64,000 nt of DNA from Spirochaetota bacterium (lineage in GTDB: Bacteria; Spirochaetota; UBA4802; UBA5550), in contig JAKQPV010000026.1 in assembly GCA_029564515.1 (NCBI GenBank), positions 158,066 through 222,065 of the forward strand, written 5' to 3'. A program made the position numbers and the translations under genes. The notes beneath the pieces are model-generated. The model was given only the letters and a program-made list of their open reading frames with translations. It was not told where the DNA came from and did not search any database. Every line of letters begins with the position of its first letter. Position 1 is the stretch's first letter. This document shows positions 35,240 through 45,260 of this stretch, in pieces.

Positions 35240-36496
35240 CTATTTCTTCGGCTCAAGCGACTCGTAAATGGGGAACCGCTTGCACAGGCCCCCGATCTCG
35301 CCCTGCACCTTCTTCCTGACTGCCTCGCTGTCCGGGTTTTCAAGAATATCCGCGATGCACCCGGCTATAAGGTCCATCTCGCTTTCTTTCATGCCGCGCG
35401 TCGTGAGGGCGGGCGTGCCCATGCGTATGCCGCTCGGGCGGACAGGGGTCCGCTTGTCAAAGGGGATCATGTTCTTGTTCACGATTATGCCCACCGCGTC
35501 GAGGAGGTCTGCAGCGACCTTGCCGTCCAACTGCCTGTCCTCCAGGTCGATCATCAGGAGGTGGTTGTCCGTGCCGCCGGTCACCAGGCGGAACCCGCGC
35601 TTTTTAAAGACGTCCGCCAGCCGCCTGCAGTTCACGATCGTCTGCTTCTGGTCCGCCTTGAACTCCTCGCCCATGGCCTCTTTGAAGCAGACGGCCTTCG
35701 CCGTTATGGCGTGCATCAGCGGCCCCGCCTGTATGCCGGGGAACACGGCCTTGTCTATCTGCTTTGCGTACTGCTGCTTGCACATGATGATGGCGCCCCG
35801 GGGGCCGCGCAGCGTTTTGTGCGTGGTCGAGGTGATCACGTCGCACCAGGGCGCCGGGTTGGGGTGAACGCCCGCGGCTATCAAGCCGGCGATGTGCGAG
35901 ATGTCCGCCATGAGCAGCGCGCCAACCTCCGCGGCCACCCTGTGCCACTGTTCGAAATCGATGGTGCGGGGATAGGCGCTCGCGCCCACCACGATCATCT
36001 TCGGTTTGTGCTCGCGAGCCAGCGCGGCTATCTCGTCGATTTCCAGCACCTCGCTCTTTTTGCTCACGCCGTATGCCGAGAATGTATAGTACTTGCCGGA
36101 GAAGTTGATGTCCTTGCCGTGGGTCAGGTGGCCGCCATGGTCCAGGTTCATTGCCAGGATCCGGTCGCCGTGCTGGAGGAGGCCGTAGTAGACGCACATG
36201 TTGGCGGACGCGCCCGCGTTGAGCTGCACGTTGGCATGTTCCACGCCGAAGAGCTCCTTGCAGCGGGCTATCGCAAGGCTCTCGGCCTTGTCCATGAACT
36301 GGCAGCCGTTGTAGTAGCGCTGGCCAGGGTAGCCTTCCGCGTACTTGTTGGTCATGACGCTCCCCTGGGCCTGAAGCACCGCCAGGCTCGCGTAATTTTC
36401 AGACGGGATCATCATGAGGGTCGTCTGCTGGCGCTCAAGCTCGCCGTTTATGATGCTGTATATCTCGGGGTCCACCTGCGCTAACGGTTTGTTCAT
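35240..36496 (-). CDS. glyA: Serine hydroxymethyltransferase
   Basis: Full-length SHMT similarity (DPEIYSIINGELERQ, TNKYAEGYPGQRYYNGC, TSTTHKTLRGPRG). The start is taken at MNKPLAQ. Confidence 0.95.
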   Translation of the reverse strand: MNKPLAQVDPEIYSIINGELERQQTTLMMIPSENYASLAVLQAQGSVMTNKYAEGYPGQRYYNGCQFMDKAESLAIARCKELFGVEHANVQLNAGASANMCVYYGLLQHGDRILAMNLDHGGHLTHGKDINFSGKYYTFSAYGVSKKSEVLEIDEIAALAREHKPKMIVVGASAYPRTIDFEQWHRVAAEVGALLMADISHIAGLIAAGVHPNPAPWCDVITSTTHKTLRGPRGAIIMCKQQYAKQIDKAVFPGIQAGPLMHAITAKAVCFKEAMGEEFKADQKQTIVNCRRLADVFKKRGFRLVTGGTDNHLLMIDLEDRQLDGKVAADLLDAVGIIVNKNMIPFDKRTPVRPSGIRMGTPALTTRGMKESEMDLIAGCIADILENPDSEAVRKKVQGEIGGLCKRFPIYESLEPKK

Positions 36497-36626
36497 GGCA
36501 ATCATCCTCTTCATAAGAATATCAATAACAAGTGGTAACAAAAGGATGATACCTGATTATGTCAAGTAATTATTGCCGGTCGGCCGGACCGGCCGGCAGG
36601 ACGAAGCACGAAAAGGCGCGGGCCGT

Positions 36627-38219
36627 CTACTCGGCGGCTTCGATCGACTTGTCGAGGATGAGCTTCGCGTCGTCAAATATGTTTTTCGACAGGGCGGCCA
36701 GGTTGTTGACCGCGTCCGCCATGCCCATGACGACGCTGTTGACCTGCTCGATGGCGGTGTTGGACCCGGTGATGGCCTGCTTCTGCTCGGTGGTTCCCTG
36801 GTTTATGGAGCGCGATATCTCCATGTTCTTCTGCATCTGGCCGATAAGGCCCTCTATCTGGCCCTGCTCCTGGGCCATGCTGTCCTTCAGCAGCTTGATC
36901 TTGTCCGAGCTCGCGGCAATGTTGTCGATCATGTCGCGAATGATCACCGCGGCATCGCCGATGACCTGAACGCCGTTCGCGGTCGTCTGGGAGCTCAGGG
37001 AGAGCACGGAGGATATCTCCTTGATGCTGTCCGTGGTCTGCACCGCCAGCTTCCCGATCTCGTCCGCGACCACCGCGAAGCCGCGGCCGTAGTCGCCCGC
37101 GCGCGCCGCCTCGATCGAGGCGTTGAGCGAGAGCAGGTTGATCTTGTCGGCGATGTCGATGATGACCGAGACCGTCTCCGAGATGCGCTTGCTCTGCTCG
37201 CTGATCTCGGCCATGGTGGAGGTGACCGCCCCGATCTTCTCGTGCCCGGTGCTGGTCTTCGACACCGCGGTGCTCATGTCGTCCAGCGTGAGGTCCAGGT
37301 TCCGGTTGGTCTCTTCCCTCACCCGCTTGAACTCGCCGATGATCCCGTCCATCTTCTTGTTCTCGCCGAGCTGGTTGACCGCCATCCCGGAGATACCCTC
37401 AGCGGACGCCAGGAGCTCCTCCATCGCGGCCGACACCTGCTCGAACGTGGCCGCCTGGCTCTGGATGCTGTCGTTGATGGTCTCCACGCTCCTGTTCTGG
37501 GACTCGAGCCGCTGGAAGAGGTCGTCCATCCGCCGCTTGATCTCGACCGATAGCCCGTGCTGGGCTTCCGCCTGGCGGCGGATCAGGTCGCCCTGCTTCT
37601 CGTACTTGTGGCCGTAATCCTCCATGATCGGCATGTTCCGGTACGAAACGAAGGTTATGATCCCCATGAGAATGATGTAATAGATCTCGCGGTGGATCTG
37701 TATCCCGTCATGGACGATTTTTCCGTCCACGATTGACTGCATGTAGATGGTAACGTCGTTAGACGAGGCAAGGACGAGAAACACGGCCCAGTTGATGAAA
37801 AACACCAGGGCGAGGACCCGGAACAGGTTCTTGTTGTAGAGGAACTGGGTCATGACGATGAAACCGACGGAAATGGCTGCAAGATGGTAGCCCTGCGCGG
37901 CGTAGGTCCAGTCCATGTTCCCGGCGTAGCGGTACTTGGTAAACATCGTGGCCAGGAGCATCCCGGTACCGCCGATCCACTCGAACACCAGCGCAGACTT
38001 CAGCGACTTTTTACGCCGGTAGATGATCGATGAAATGATCACCATGAAAATGAGGAACCCCAGGGTCGAGATCGTGTTCTGTATGTTTACGCCCGCCATA
38101 GCCTGGAACACGACTGAAACCGTGCCGAGACATATGCTGAGTATCAGGAACAGAAAGGCCCCCTTGATCTCCAGGATCTGGCGCGGGGTAAGGTTGCTGG
38201 TATCCATGGCGGTCTCCAC
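36627..38219 (-). CDS. Methyl-accepting chemotaxis protein with a polytopic membrane N-terminus
   Basis: Signalling hairpin motif [33 protein letters not shown]. Confidence 0.85.
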   Translation of the reverse strand: METAMDTSNLTPRQILEIKGAFLFLILSICLGTVSVVFQAMAGVNIQNTISTLGFLIFMVIISSIIYRRKKSLKSALVFEWIGGTGMLLATMFTKYRYAGNMDWTYAAQGYHLAAISVGFIVMTQFLYNKNLFRVLALVFFINWAVFLVLASSNDVTIYMQSIVDGKIVHDGIQIHREIYYIILMGIITFVSYRNMPIMEDYGHKYEKQGDLIRRQAEAQHGLSVEIKRRMDDLFQRLESQNRSVETINDSIQSQAATFEQVSAAMEELLASAEGISGMAVNQLGENKKMDGIIGEFKRVREETNRNLDLTLDDMSTAVSKTSTGHEKIGAVTSTMAEISEQSKRISETVSVIIDIADKINLLSLNASIEAARAGDYGRGFAVVADEIGKLAVQTTDSIKEISSVLSLSSQTTANGVQVIGDAAVIIRDMIDNIAASSDKIKLLKDSMAQEQGQIEGLIGQMQKNMEISRSINQGTTEQKQAITGSNTAIEQVNSVVMGMADAVNNLAALSKNIFDDAKLILDKSIEAAE

Positions 38220-38348
38220 GACACAACATTATATTAGCGGGCGGTCCCTGGCCGGAAGGCACTATGCGGCCTTGCCGTCATCCGCTGATGCTACTCTGCA
38301 TGAAACACCGGTTCTGTCAAGATATTATGGGTCGGCGGTTGGCACTGT

Positions 38349-38381
38349 AAAAAAACCGCCCCTGTCCAGGGGCGGTTTTTT
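38349..38381 (-). terminator. Rho-independent (bidirectional) terminator downstream of the acyl-CoA synthetase gene
   Basis: aaaaaaccgcccc-tgtcc-aggggcggtttttt. Confidence 0.8.
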
Positions 38382-38404
38382 CATCCGGTGCAGGCACGCC
38401 CGGC

Positions 38405-40231
38405 CTACTCCTTGTACATGGCATCGATAAGATTTTGATAGTTCTTGAGCACTACCTTCCTCTTTACCTTGAGGGTCGGCGTGAGCTCGCCCGATTCCTG
38501 GGTGAAGGGCCGGTCAAGCAGCGCGAAGCTCTTGATCTGCTCAACCCTGCCGAGGGGCTTGTTCAGCTCGGCCACGATCTCGTCGTACTTCTTCAAGACG
38601 TCCGCGTTCCCGATCAGCTTTTTCGGGTCCGTCTCGGTGATGCCTTTCGATTTCGCCCACTTGGTCAGCTCGGGGAAAGAGGGGACGATCAGGGAAACCA
38701 GGTACTTCATCTGGTCGCCGATGACCGCCATCTGCTCGATGAAGGGATGGGCCACGAACATGCCCTCGATCACCTGCGGGGCCACGTTCTTGCCTCCGGC
38801 GGTGATGATGATATCCTTTTTCCTGTCGGTGATGCGCAGGTACCCGTCCTCGTCGATTTCGCCGATGTCGCCGGTATGGAACCACCCGTCCTTCGTCAGG
38901 ACCTCTTTGGTGTCAGCGGGCCTGTTGTAATACCCCTTCATCACCTGCGGCCCCCGGATCAGCACCTCGCCATCATCCGCGATTTTGCACTCGGTCCGCG
39001 GGAACGCCGGCCCGCACGTGCCGAGCTTTATCGGCTTGATATGCCTGAAGGTGTTGAGGTGGGTAACCGGCGTCGTCTCTGTCAGGCCGTAGCCCAGGTG
39101 TACCTCGATGCCCATGGCCTGGAAGAATTCCCAGATGCCGTATGCCAGCGGCGCGCCCCCGATGCCCATGACAATCATCCGGTCGAGTCCCAGTGCCGCC
39201 CGCAGCTTGGAAAATATTACTTTATCAGCCAGCCTGTATCTCACGCTGAGCGGGAAGGGCAATGCGCGGTTCGCCGTAATATACGGTACGGCCTTTTTCC
39301 CGGCCCTGATCGCGATGTTGAAAAGAGCTTTCTTGCTCCCCGGCGCGTCCCGCAGCTTCGCCTGAATCCCCTCGTAGAGCTTCTCGAGCACCCGCGGCAC
39401 GTACACGCAGGCGTTCGGCCTGATATCCTGGAGGTCCGGCACCAGCGTCTCCGCACCCTTCGTGTAAGCGATCGTTCCGCCAACCTTGATGAAGGAGTTA
39501 TACCCTATGGTGCGCTCAAGCGAGTGCGAGAGAGGCAGGAGCGAGACGCAGAGGGGCTCAAAATTCTCCTTCGGGAAGGGGTGGTGTTCCAGGAACTGCT
39601 CGACGTTTATCACCAGGTTGTTATGGGTGAGCATTACCCCCTTGGGGTTGCCGGTCGTGCCCGAAGTGTAGATGAGGGTCGCGGTCTCATCGAGGCTGAT
39701 CCCCCTCAGGCGCTTGTCCATCTCTTTCTGGTTGAGGCTCTTCCTTCCGGCCTTGAGCGCCTCGTTGAAGGTGACGACCATCTTGTCCTTGTAGACGAGG
39801 TCGTCCATGACTATGATCTCCTTGAGGCCTTTCAGATTCTTCTTCTCACCGAGGAGATTGTCAACCTGGAACTTGCCCGAGCATACGCAGATTTTCGCCC
39901 CGGAATCGTTCAGGATGTACCCGGCCTCGGGGCCCGAGTTTGTCGGATATATCGTGACGTCCGCCGCGCCTATGGCGAGGGTTGCGATGTCGGTAATGCC
40001 CCATTCCGGCCTGTTGTTGGAATATATGGCGATCCTGTCTTTCGGCTTGATTCCCTTCTTTATAAAATATGATGCCAGCGCGTCTACCTGCTCGTTGACG
40101 TCGTCGTAGGAATAATCCTTCCAGTTCTTGCCATCCCGGATCTTCATGAATATTTTACCATGAAGCTCCTCCGCCCTGTTCTTAAAAATCCCCGGGATGG
40201 TCCTCTCTTCATACGGTTTAAATGCGCCCAT
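38405..40231 (-). CDS. Long-chain-fatty-acid--CoA ligase (FACL/AMP-binding)
   Basis: LIYTSGTTGNPKGVMLTHNN, GYGLTETT and HTGDIGEIDEDGYLRITDRKKD. The start at MGAFKPYE follows a GGAGG RBS, and the upstream 100 codons of the ORF are rejected. Confidence 0.85.
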   Translation of the reverse strand: MGAFKPYEERTIPGIFKNRAEELHGKIFMKIRDGKNWKDYSYDDVNEQVDALASYFIKKGIKPKDRIAIYSNNRPEWGITDIATLAIGAADVTIYPTNSGPEAGYILNDSGAKICVCSGKFQVDNLLGEKKNLKGLKEIIVMDDLVYKDKMVVTFNEALKAGRKSLNQKEMDKRLRGISLDETATLIYTSGTTGNPKGVMLTHNNLVINVEQFLEHHPFPKENFEPLCVSLLPLSHSLERTIGYNSFIKVGGTIAYTKGAETLVPDLQDIRPNACVYVPRVLEKLYEGIQAKLRDAPGSKKALFNIAIRAGKKAVPYITANRALPFPLSVRYRLADKVIFSKLRAALGLDRMIVMGIGGAPLAYGIWEFFQAMGIEVHLGYGLTETTPVTHLNTFRHIKPIKLGTCGPAFPRTECKIADDGEVLIRGPQVMKGYYNRPADTKEVLTKDGWFHTGDIGEIDEDGYLRITDRKKDIIITAGGKNVAPQVIEGMFVAHPFIEQMAVIGDQMKYLVSLIVPSFPELTKWAKSKGITETDPKKLIGNADVLKKYDEIVAELNKPLGRVEQIKSFALLDRPFTQESGELTPTLKVKRKVVLKNYQNLIDAMYKE

Positions 40232-40526
40232 GCCGAACCTCCAATCATTTTTATTATATATATCTATTCGCTGGATAACAGCGGATATCGCGCCCCATCG
40301 TTGCTCCTTCGGACATTCTGGAATCTGGATTCCTGCAGTCAATAAAAGTACTGCCGAGCGGTGAATTAATTTAGAGAGATAACAGACATTGCTGCAGACG
40401 CGTTCGCACGTTGAACGGCCGGAAAAAATTATCCCGGAGAAGGCGCGAACTGGCCGTTCGTCTTGAAAAGATAATTGAACATGATGTATGATTTGTGCGG
40501 GATTGCGATGCGGAGGCGCGACAGAC

Positions 40527-40554
40527 GCGCTCAATGTTCATGAACATTGAGCGC
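40527..40554. promoter_or_regulatory. 28-bp perfect palindrome GCGCTCAATGTTCATGAACATTGAGCGC (operator- or terminator-like)
   Basis: Read directly. It lies 6 bp downstream of the stop of 40561..40914 and about 300 bp upstream of the acyl-CoA synthetase start. Confidence 0.5.
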
Positions 40555-40560
40555 TCTTTG

Positions 40561-40914
40561 TCACTTTCTGATAAAATATTCGAGGAGAAGGCGGAGACGC
40601 CCTCCAATCCCATCACCCTGGTAGAAGCGGAAGCCGTTCTCGGTCAGCGGAAACGCACCGGTGTAATGAACGCTCGAGATATCGCCGAACCTCTTCCGCA
40701 CGATGAGCGACTCGGGATCGACGTATCCCACGTCCACGAGCTCGAGGACCAGGAGCATCTCGCCCACATCGTCGATACGGACCGGGAAGGCGTCTTTCGG
40801 GTGGTTCTCGCGCATGGCCATGAGCCGCGCCAGGGCCGGCCGGTACCGCTTCCGGTTCTTCTTGAGTTTACGCATTTCAGTGCGGTAATCAACCATATGA
40901 ATTACTCCACGCAA
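40561..40914 (-). CDS. Hypothetical protein
   Basis: ORF only, with coding-like GC3. The start is ambiguous (M1 or MVDYRTEM). I recognise no family. Confidence 0.35.
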   Translation of the reverse strand: MRGVIHMVDYRTEMRKLKKNRKRYRPALARLMAMRENHPKDAFPVRIDDVGEMLLVLELVDVGYVDPESLIVRKRFGDISSVHYTGAFPLTENGFRFYQGDGIGGRLRLLLEYFIRK

Positions 40915-40930
40915 CGGGCTGTAACAACAA

Positions 40931-41050
40931 TAGTGAATAGTTATGGATGATTTTCAATGGAAGTTTAACCTTGTAAATAATTTTATCCGCTCTGCAAGAG
41001 CGGATAAAATTAACCACAACTTTTCACTATTCACTATTAACTATTCACTG
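40931..41050. repeat. Heptamer-armed palindromic element, copy D (one inner hairpin, 40979-41011)
   Basis: TAGTGAATAGTTATGGAT ... aattttatccgctc-tgcaa-gagcggataaaatt ... TTTTCACTATTCACTATTAACTATTCACTG. Confidence 0.9.
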
Positions 41051-41893
41051 TTTTTTATTATCAATATTCTCCGGCTCCATGTTGTGTATTATACTCAGGA
41101 CCGTATTGAGTTTCGAGTAATGCCCCCCGGTCACCGGGCCCATGGCGCCCTCGCCTCCCAGGAGCCTCTTGCTGATCTCGCGGGGCGGCAGCCCCTTGTC
41201 GTGAAGATCGAGCACCAGCGCGGAGAGGTCCTCCATGAAGCGGACTTTCTCCCGCAGCGCATCCCTGCCGTTGTCCACCGCCCCGAGCAGGCTGCAGAAT
41301 ATGGTCCCGAAATCGAGCCCGGCAAGCATCCCGAGCGTCTCCACGATGAGGGAATAGTTCTCGTCAGCGCGGAGGTACTTGAAGCCCCTGCCGCAAAAGA
41401 GGTCCCCGGTGAAGAGCCAGCCCTCCCGGGGCTCGTGCAGGCAGACATGGTGCGGCGTGTGCCCGGGTGACGGTATGACCTTCAGTGCGTACGGGCCGGC
41501 CTGCACCACTCCCGGCAGCGGGTCCGCGTCCGAGGGCGCGGGCCATCCCCACACCACGCGCTGGTAGGGCCTAAGCTTCAGGAGACGCGGGTTCTTCAGA
41601 ACCGGCAGCGCCCCGGCCGGCGCAAGCACGCGCGCGCCAAAATGGCCCTGGAGCAGGTCGTTGCCTCCGATATGGTCCTCATGCTGGTGAGTGTTGATCA
41701 CCGTACGTATAATCCTCCCTTCCAGAACCGATGCCAGCTCCCTTCGCACGCAGGGCGCCCCGGTATCGATCATGGTGTCGCCCACCAGGAAGGCATGCAC
41801 CGGGTAGAGGACGAAGCGGCCGATGCTCCGGCCCATCCTGATAACGGTTACGGGACCATGCTCGGATGTTTTGATCATGCCGATACTCTCCAC
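41045..41893 (-). CDS. MBL-fold metallo-hydrolase paralog
   Basis: VINTHQHEDHIGG and SPGHTPHH. The start is GTG at 41893 or ATG (MIKTSEH) at 41878. The stop TGA lies inside repeat copy D. Confidence 0.8.
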   Translation of the reverse strand: MESIGMIKTSEHGPVTVIRMGRSIGRFVLYPVHAFLVGDTMIDTGAPCVRRELASVLEGRIIRTVINTHQHEDHIGGNDLLQGHFGARVLAPAGALPVLKNPRLLKLRPYQRVVWGWPAPSDADPLPGVVQAGPYALKVIPSPGHTPHHVCLHEPREGWLFTGDLFCGRGFKYLRADENYSLIVETLGMLAGLDFGTIFCSLLGAVDNGRDALREKVRFMEDLSALVLDLHDKGLPPREISKRLLGGEGAMGPVTGGHYSKLNTVLSIIHNMEPENIDNKKQ

Positions 41894-41894
41894 T

Positions 41895-42076
41895 AGCGAA
41901 TAGTTAATAGTTAATAGTGTATAGTGAATAGTTATGGATGATTTTTAATCTGCTCGATGAGCAGATTAAAAATCAATTTAAAATGGAAGTTTATCCTTGT
42001 AAATAATTTTATCCGCTCTGTAAGAGCGGATAAAATTAACCACCACTATTCACTATACACTATTAACTATTCACTG
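41895..42076. repeat. Heptamer-armed palindromic element, copy E (two inner hairpins, 41940-41974 and 42005-42037)
   Basis: AGCGAATAGTTAATAGTTAATAGTGTATAGTGAATAGTTATGGAT ... CACTATTCACTATACACTATTAACTATTCACTG. Confidence 0.9.
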
Positions 42077-42406
42077 AATTTTCCTCATTTCCCAAACAGT
42101 GCCTTTCGGGTCCGGGCAGTGAATCCTGAAGATCCTCCTGTTATCGCTGTTCCATGACGGAAACCCGAATGCGGCGCGCCACACGTACAGGTCGAGCACG
42201 TGCAGGAGGGCACGGCACACTCCTTCAGGCTTCTGGTACGGGTTTTCGTACACGAACACGTCTCCAAGATTGTGCCTGCACTCCTCGTTCTTTTCCACCA
42301 TCCTGATCTCCAGCCTGCTGACGCGTTTCCAGAACTCAAGGTAGTCCCTGTGGTCCCTGATTGCGTCCAGGTCAAGGTTCAGGTCGATGCCCGTATCGTG
42401 GTCCAT
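42071..42406 (-). CDS. Small Cys-containing protein resembling the TIGR04076 family
   Basis: The pattern GDVFVYENPYQKPEGVCRALLHVL...FGFPSW...IHCPDPKGTVWEMRK resembles TIGR04076 from memory. The stop TGA lies inside repeat copy E. Confidence 0.5.
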   Translation of the reverse strand: MDHDTGIDLNLDLDAIRDHRDYLEFWKRVSRLEIRMVEKNEECRHNLGDVFVYENPYQKPEGVCRALLHVLDLYVWRAAFGFPSWNSDNRRIFRIHCPDPKGTVWEMRKIQ

Positions 42407-42424
42407 ATGCTCCTCCCTGCGTCC

Positions 42425-42901
42425 CTATTGCGGTATCGTGATGCCGCGCGAGGTGAAGGACACGCCCTGCTGCCCCCCGGTCCCGATCATGACGGCTTCC
42501 ACCAGCGGCCTGCTCACGCCGGCGTCGCCGCGCCACTTCACGACGAAACAGGCGCCGCTCCCGCCGCGCTCGTCCGACTCCTTCACGACGAACTGCACCG
42601 TGGCGAGGGGCCCGACCGTGCGGTCTCCGGCCAGGTAGGCATGGACCAGCTTCCCGGCGCCGTTATGGTAATAGACCCGGTGCACGGTTATCGCCTTCAC
42701 CGTGTCAGTGTTGCGGACGCTCAGCGTGACCGCAAGGTCGAACTCGCGCTCGCGGTCCCCGTGGAATATGGACGAATACGCGGGTACGTACACGGTCTCG
42801 GCCGCCTGGCCGCCCTTCTGCTTAGCCACTGCCATTGCCGCCATTACAAACAGCACAACCGCGACTGTGGCGCAAGCAGTTCTGAGCAATATCTTCTTCA
42901 T
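42425..42901 (-). CDS. DUF3124-like secreted protein
   Basis: Signal peptide, then VYVPAYSSIFHG... and a C-terminal MIGTGGQQGVSFTSRG pattern, recalled from DUF3124. Confidence 0.6.
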   Translation of the reverse strand: MKKILLRTACATVAVVLFVMAAMAVAKQKGGQAAETVYVPAYSSIFHGDREREFDLAVTLSVRNTDTVKAITVHRVYYHNGAGKLVHAYLAGDRTVGPLATVQFVVKESDERGGSGACFVVKWRGDAGVSRPLVEAVMIGTGGQQGVSFTSRGITIPQ

Positions 42902-43165
42902 GGCTTTCCTCCATAATCCTTTGAAATTAATCGTCTCTCGCAGAGGCGCAGAAACGCAGAGGAATGATTAAAAAAAATATATCTTATATAAGAATACTCC
43001 ATGAAAAATCAGGTTGTCTTTTTTATATAAACATACTCATACTTAAGGACAACCATGGCCCTTCTTCCAAACTGTATAAGCCTGATGCCTTAATTGAGCT
43101 ATAATAATTGATGAAGCCAACTTGTAGTCCTTTCTCTGCGCCTCCGCGCCTCCGCGAGATTTTTT

Positions 43166-45124
43166 TTATCGGGTGAAAAGCTCCCCGAACCTCCTCTTCT
43201 GGTCCGGCAGCCCGATTATTGCGAGCAGGTCGCCCGGTTCGAACGTGAAGTCCGCATCCGGATTGGGAACGAACCTCCCACCCCTCATCACGCCCACGAT
43301 CGAGGCCCCGGTCCTGGTGCGGACGGCAAGCTCCTTGATGGACCTGCCGGCAAGCCCGTCTCCCCGCATCACCTCGACCCAGCTCGTCTCAAGCAAAAAG
43401 GGGGTGTCCTTCACCCGCGCCAGGAGCGCCTGCCGGGCATCGTCGCCGCGGAGAGGGGAGTACTGCCTGCCCCGGATCTCGTCCGTGACCCGCTGGATAG
43501 AAGCCACGGGCACATCGAGCTGGAGCAGCGACTGCCGGATCATCTCCAGGCTCGCCTCGAACTCCGGCTGGACTGCCTCGAAAACGTCCAGGTCATACAG
43601 CTCTTTCAGATGGGTCGAGTCGTCCGCCCGCGCCAGCACCCTCATGCCGTTGTTGCAGGAAAGCGAATGCGCCACGACGTCCCGGGCGACCGAGAACGCC
43701 GGCGTGGTGACAACCAGGAGCCGCGCGAAGCAGACGCCGGCAGCGGCGAGGACCGTCTCCTGCGCCGCGTCGCCGAAAATGACCGGGAACCCGGCCCGCT
43801 TGCACTCCTCGAACCGCCGGAAATCCTGCTCGATCACGATAAAGCTGAAACCGAGCGTGGCCAGTATCGAGGCGATCTGGAATCCTACCCTGCCCCCTCC
43901 CGCAATAATGACGTGACGGTCCAGGCCCCCGTGCGGCAGGTTGACGGTCTGCACCGGCTCTCCCCTGAACAATCTCTTTTTGATGGAATAGATCGGCAGT
44001 GCGAGCCAGGAGAGCAGCGGCGCGATGATCATCGTTATGACCGACACGGAGAGCACCAGCGAATAGAAATCCGCCCGTATCGCGCCGCTCTTCAGCCCCT
44101 CGCGCGCGAGCACGAAGGAGAACTCGCCGATCTGCGCGAGGCTCAGCCCCATGGCAAGGGGGATTATGTTTACATAGCGGAAGGCCGCGCCCATGACAGC
44201 GAACACGACGAACTTGCCGGCGACGACAAGGCCGACCAGGGCCAGTATCATGGGCAGGTTGCCCGCCACGAACGCGGGGTCCAGGAGCATCCCGATCGAC
44301 GTGAAGAATACCAGGCCAAAGATGTCCCGCAGGGGGACGATGTCGCTGAGCGCCCGGTGGCCGTAGTCGGACCCGTTGATGACCATGCCGGCGACGAATG
44401 CGCCGAACGCGAGCGAGAGGCCCGCCAGGTGGGTAAGATACCCGACGCCCAGTCCGATCGCGGTGACCGCGACCAGGAAGAGCTCCCTCGAGTCGAGCTT
44501 CGCCACGAGCTTCAGCATGCGGGGGATGGCCATCATGCCTATGACCACGACAGCGGCGAGGATGAGCGCGGCCTTGAGCATCGTGGCCGCGAAAAGCCCC
44601 AGGTTGCCGGAAAGGTCGCCGAGCCGCGGGATGACGATCATGAGCGGGATCGCGGCCAGGTCCTGCACGATCAGTATGCCGATCATGACCCTGCTCGAGA
44701 GGGTGCCGGTGAGGCCCCGGGCCATGAGCGTCTTCAGCACGACCATGGTGCTGGAGAGCGACAGCACCATGCCGAACACCAGCGACGCCTGCCATCCCAT
44801 GCCGAAGATGCTCCCGATCCCGAACCCGTAGCCGATCAGGAGAATGACCTGTAACGGTGTGCCAATCAGGGCGATCGCCCGCACGTCTTTCAGCTCCCTG
44901 AAGGAAAAATCGAGCCCAATTGAGAAGAGAAGGAGCGCGACGCCGATCTCCGCGAGCAGCTCGACGCGGGGGATGTCCGTCACCGTCACGCCGCCGGTAA
45001 ACGGTCCTATGAAGATCCCGGCCAGGATATAGCCCACGATGGGCGGGAGCTTGACCCGCGTCGCCGCCAGGCCGAACAGCAGGCCCGCGATTATGATGAT
45101 AATGAGGTCTTCCGCTATTCCCAT
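43166..45124 (-). CDS. CPA2 cation:proton antiporter (Kef-type) with TrkA-N and TrkA-C domains
   Basis: About 12 TM helices, then the Rossmann motif [13 protein letters not shown] and a C-terminal RCK_C-like domain. Confidence 0.85.
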   Translation of the reverse strand: MGIAEDLIIIIIAGLLFGLAATRVKLPPIVGYILAGIFIGPFTGGVTVTDIPRVELLAEIGVALLLFSIGLDFSFRELKDVRAIALIGTPLQVILLIGYGFGIGSIFGMGWQASLVFGMVLSLSSTMVVLKTLMARGLTGTLSSRVMIGILIVQDLAAIPLMIVIPRLGDLSGNLGLFAATMLKAALILAAVVVIGMMAIPRMLKLVAKLDSRELFLVAVTAIGLGVGYLTHLAGLSLAFGAFVAGMVINGSDYGHRALSDIVPLRDIFGLVFFTSIGMLLDPAFVAGNLPMILALVGLVVAGKFVVFAVMGAAFRYVNIIPLAMGLSLAQIGEFSFVLAREGLKSGAIRADFYSLVLSVSVITMIIAPLLSWLALPIYSIKKRLFRGEPVQTVNLPHGGLDRHVIIAGGGRVGFQIASILATLGFSFIVIEQDFRRFEECKRAGFPVIFGDAAQETVLAAAGVCFARLLVVTTPAFSVARDVVAHSLSCNNGMRVLARADDSTHLKELYDLDVFEAVQPEFEASLEMIRQSLLQLDVPVASIQRVTDEIRGRQYSPLRGDDARQALLARVKDTPFLLETSWVEVMRGDGLAGRSIKELAVRTRTGASIVGVMRGGRFVPNPDADFTFEPGDLLAIIGLPDQKRRFGELFTR

Positions 45125-45260
45125 GACATCTTCAGCTTACCGGCGGGGAACTTGGTGTCAAATCAATTTCTCCTGAAATCCCCCGGGGATACCGGCGCTG
45201 GCACTGTTTTTCATCAGGCGGTCAAGGTCGCAGCGGCGGGAAGCGGCCGCACGCGAACAA

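Noticed and set aside
35561-36484. Long + strand ORFs (307 aa, 199 aa) overlapping glyA
   Set aside because: They are antisense to a clearly identified, full-length serine hydroxymethyltransferase. Their composition is typical of high-GC shadow frames.
36575-36598. GC palindrome ccggtcggccggaccgg downstream of the MCP stop, as a terminator
   Set aside because: The stem is plausible, but no U-tract follows on the minus strand. I left it unannotated.
38435-40072. 545-aa + strand ORF
   Set aside because: It is antisense to the long-chain acyl-CoA synthetase, which carries all the AMP-binding motifs.
40232-40534. N-terminal 101-codon extension of the acyl-CoA synthetase ORF
   Set aside because: AMP-binding ligases begin near MGAFKPYEERTIP. 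The extension crosses an AT-rich, promoter-like region and has no RBS.
40979-41011. GAGCGGATAA / TTATCCGCTC in the hairpins resembles the centre of the lac operator
   Set aside because: It is only a 10-nt coincidence. There is no LacI-type regulator nearby, and the flanking bases do not match lacO.
43593-44854. 400- and 414-aa ORFs inside the Kef antiporter region
   Set aside because: These are alternate-frame or antisense products rich in Arg/Gly/Pro/His. The 652-aa minus frame has the expected TM plus TrkA architecture.
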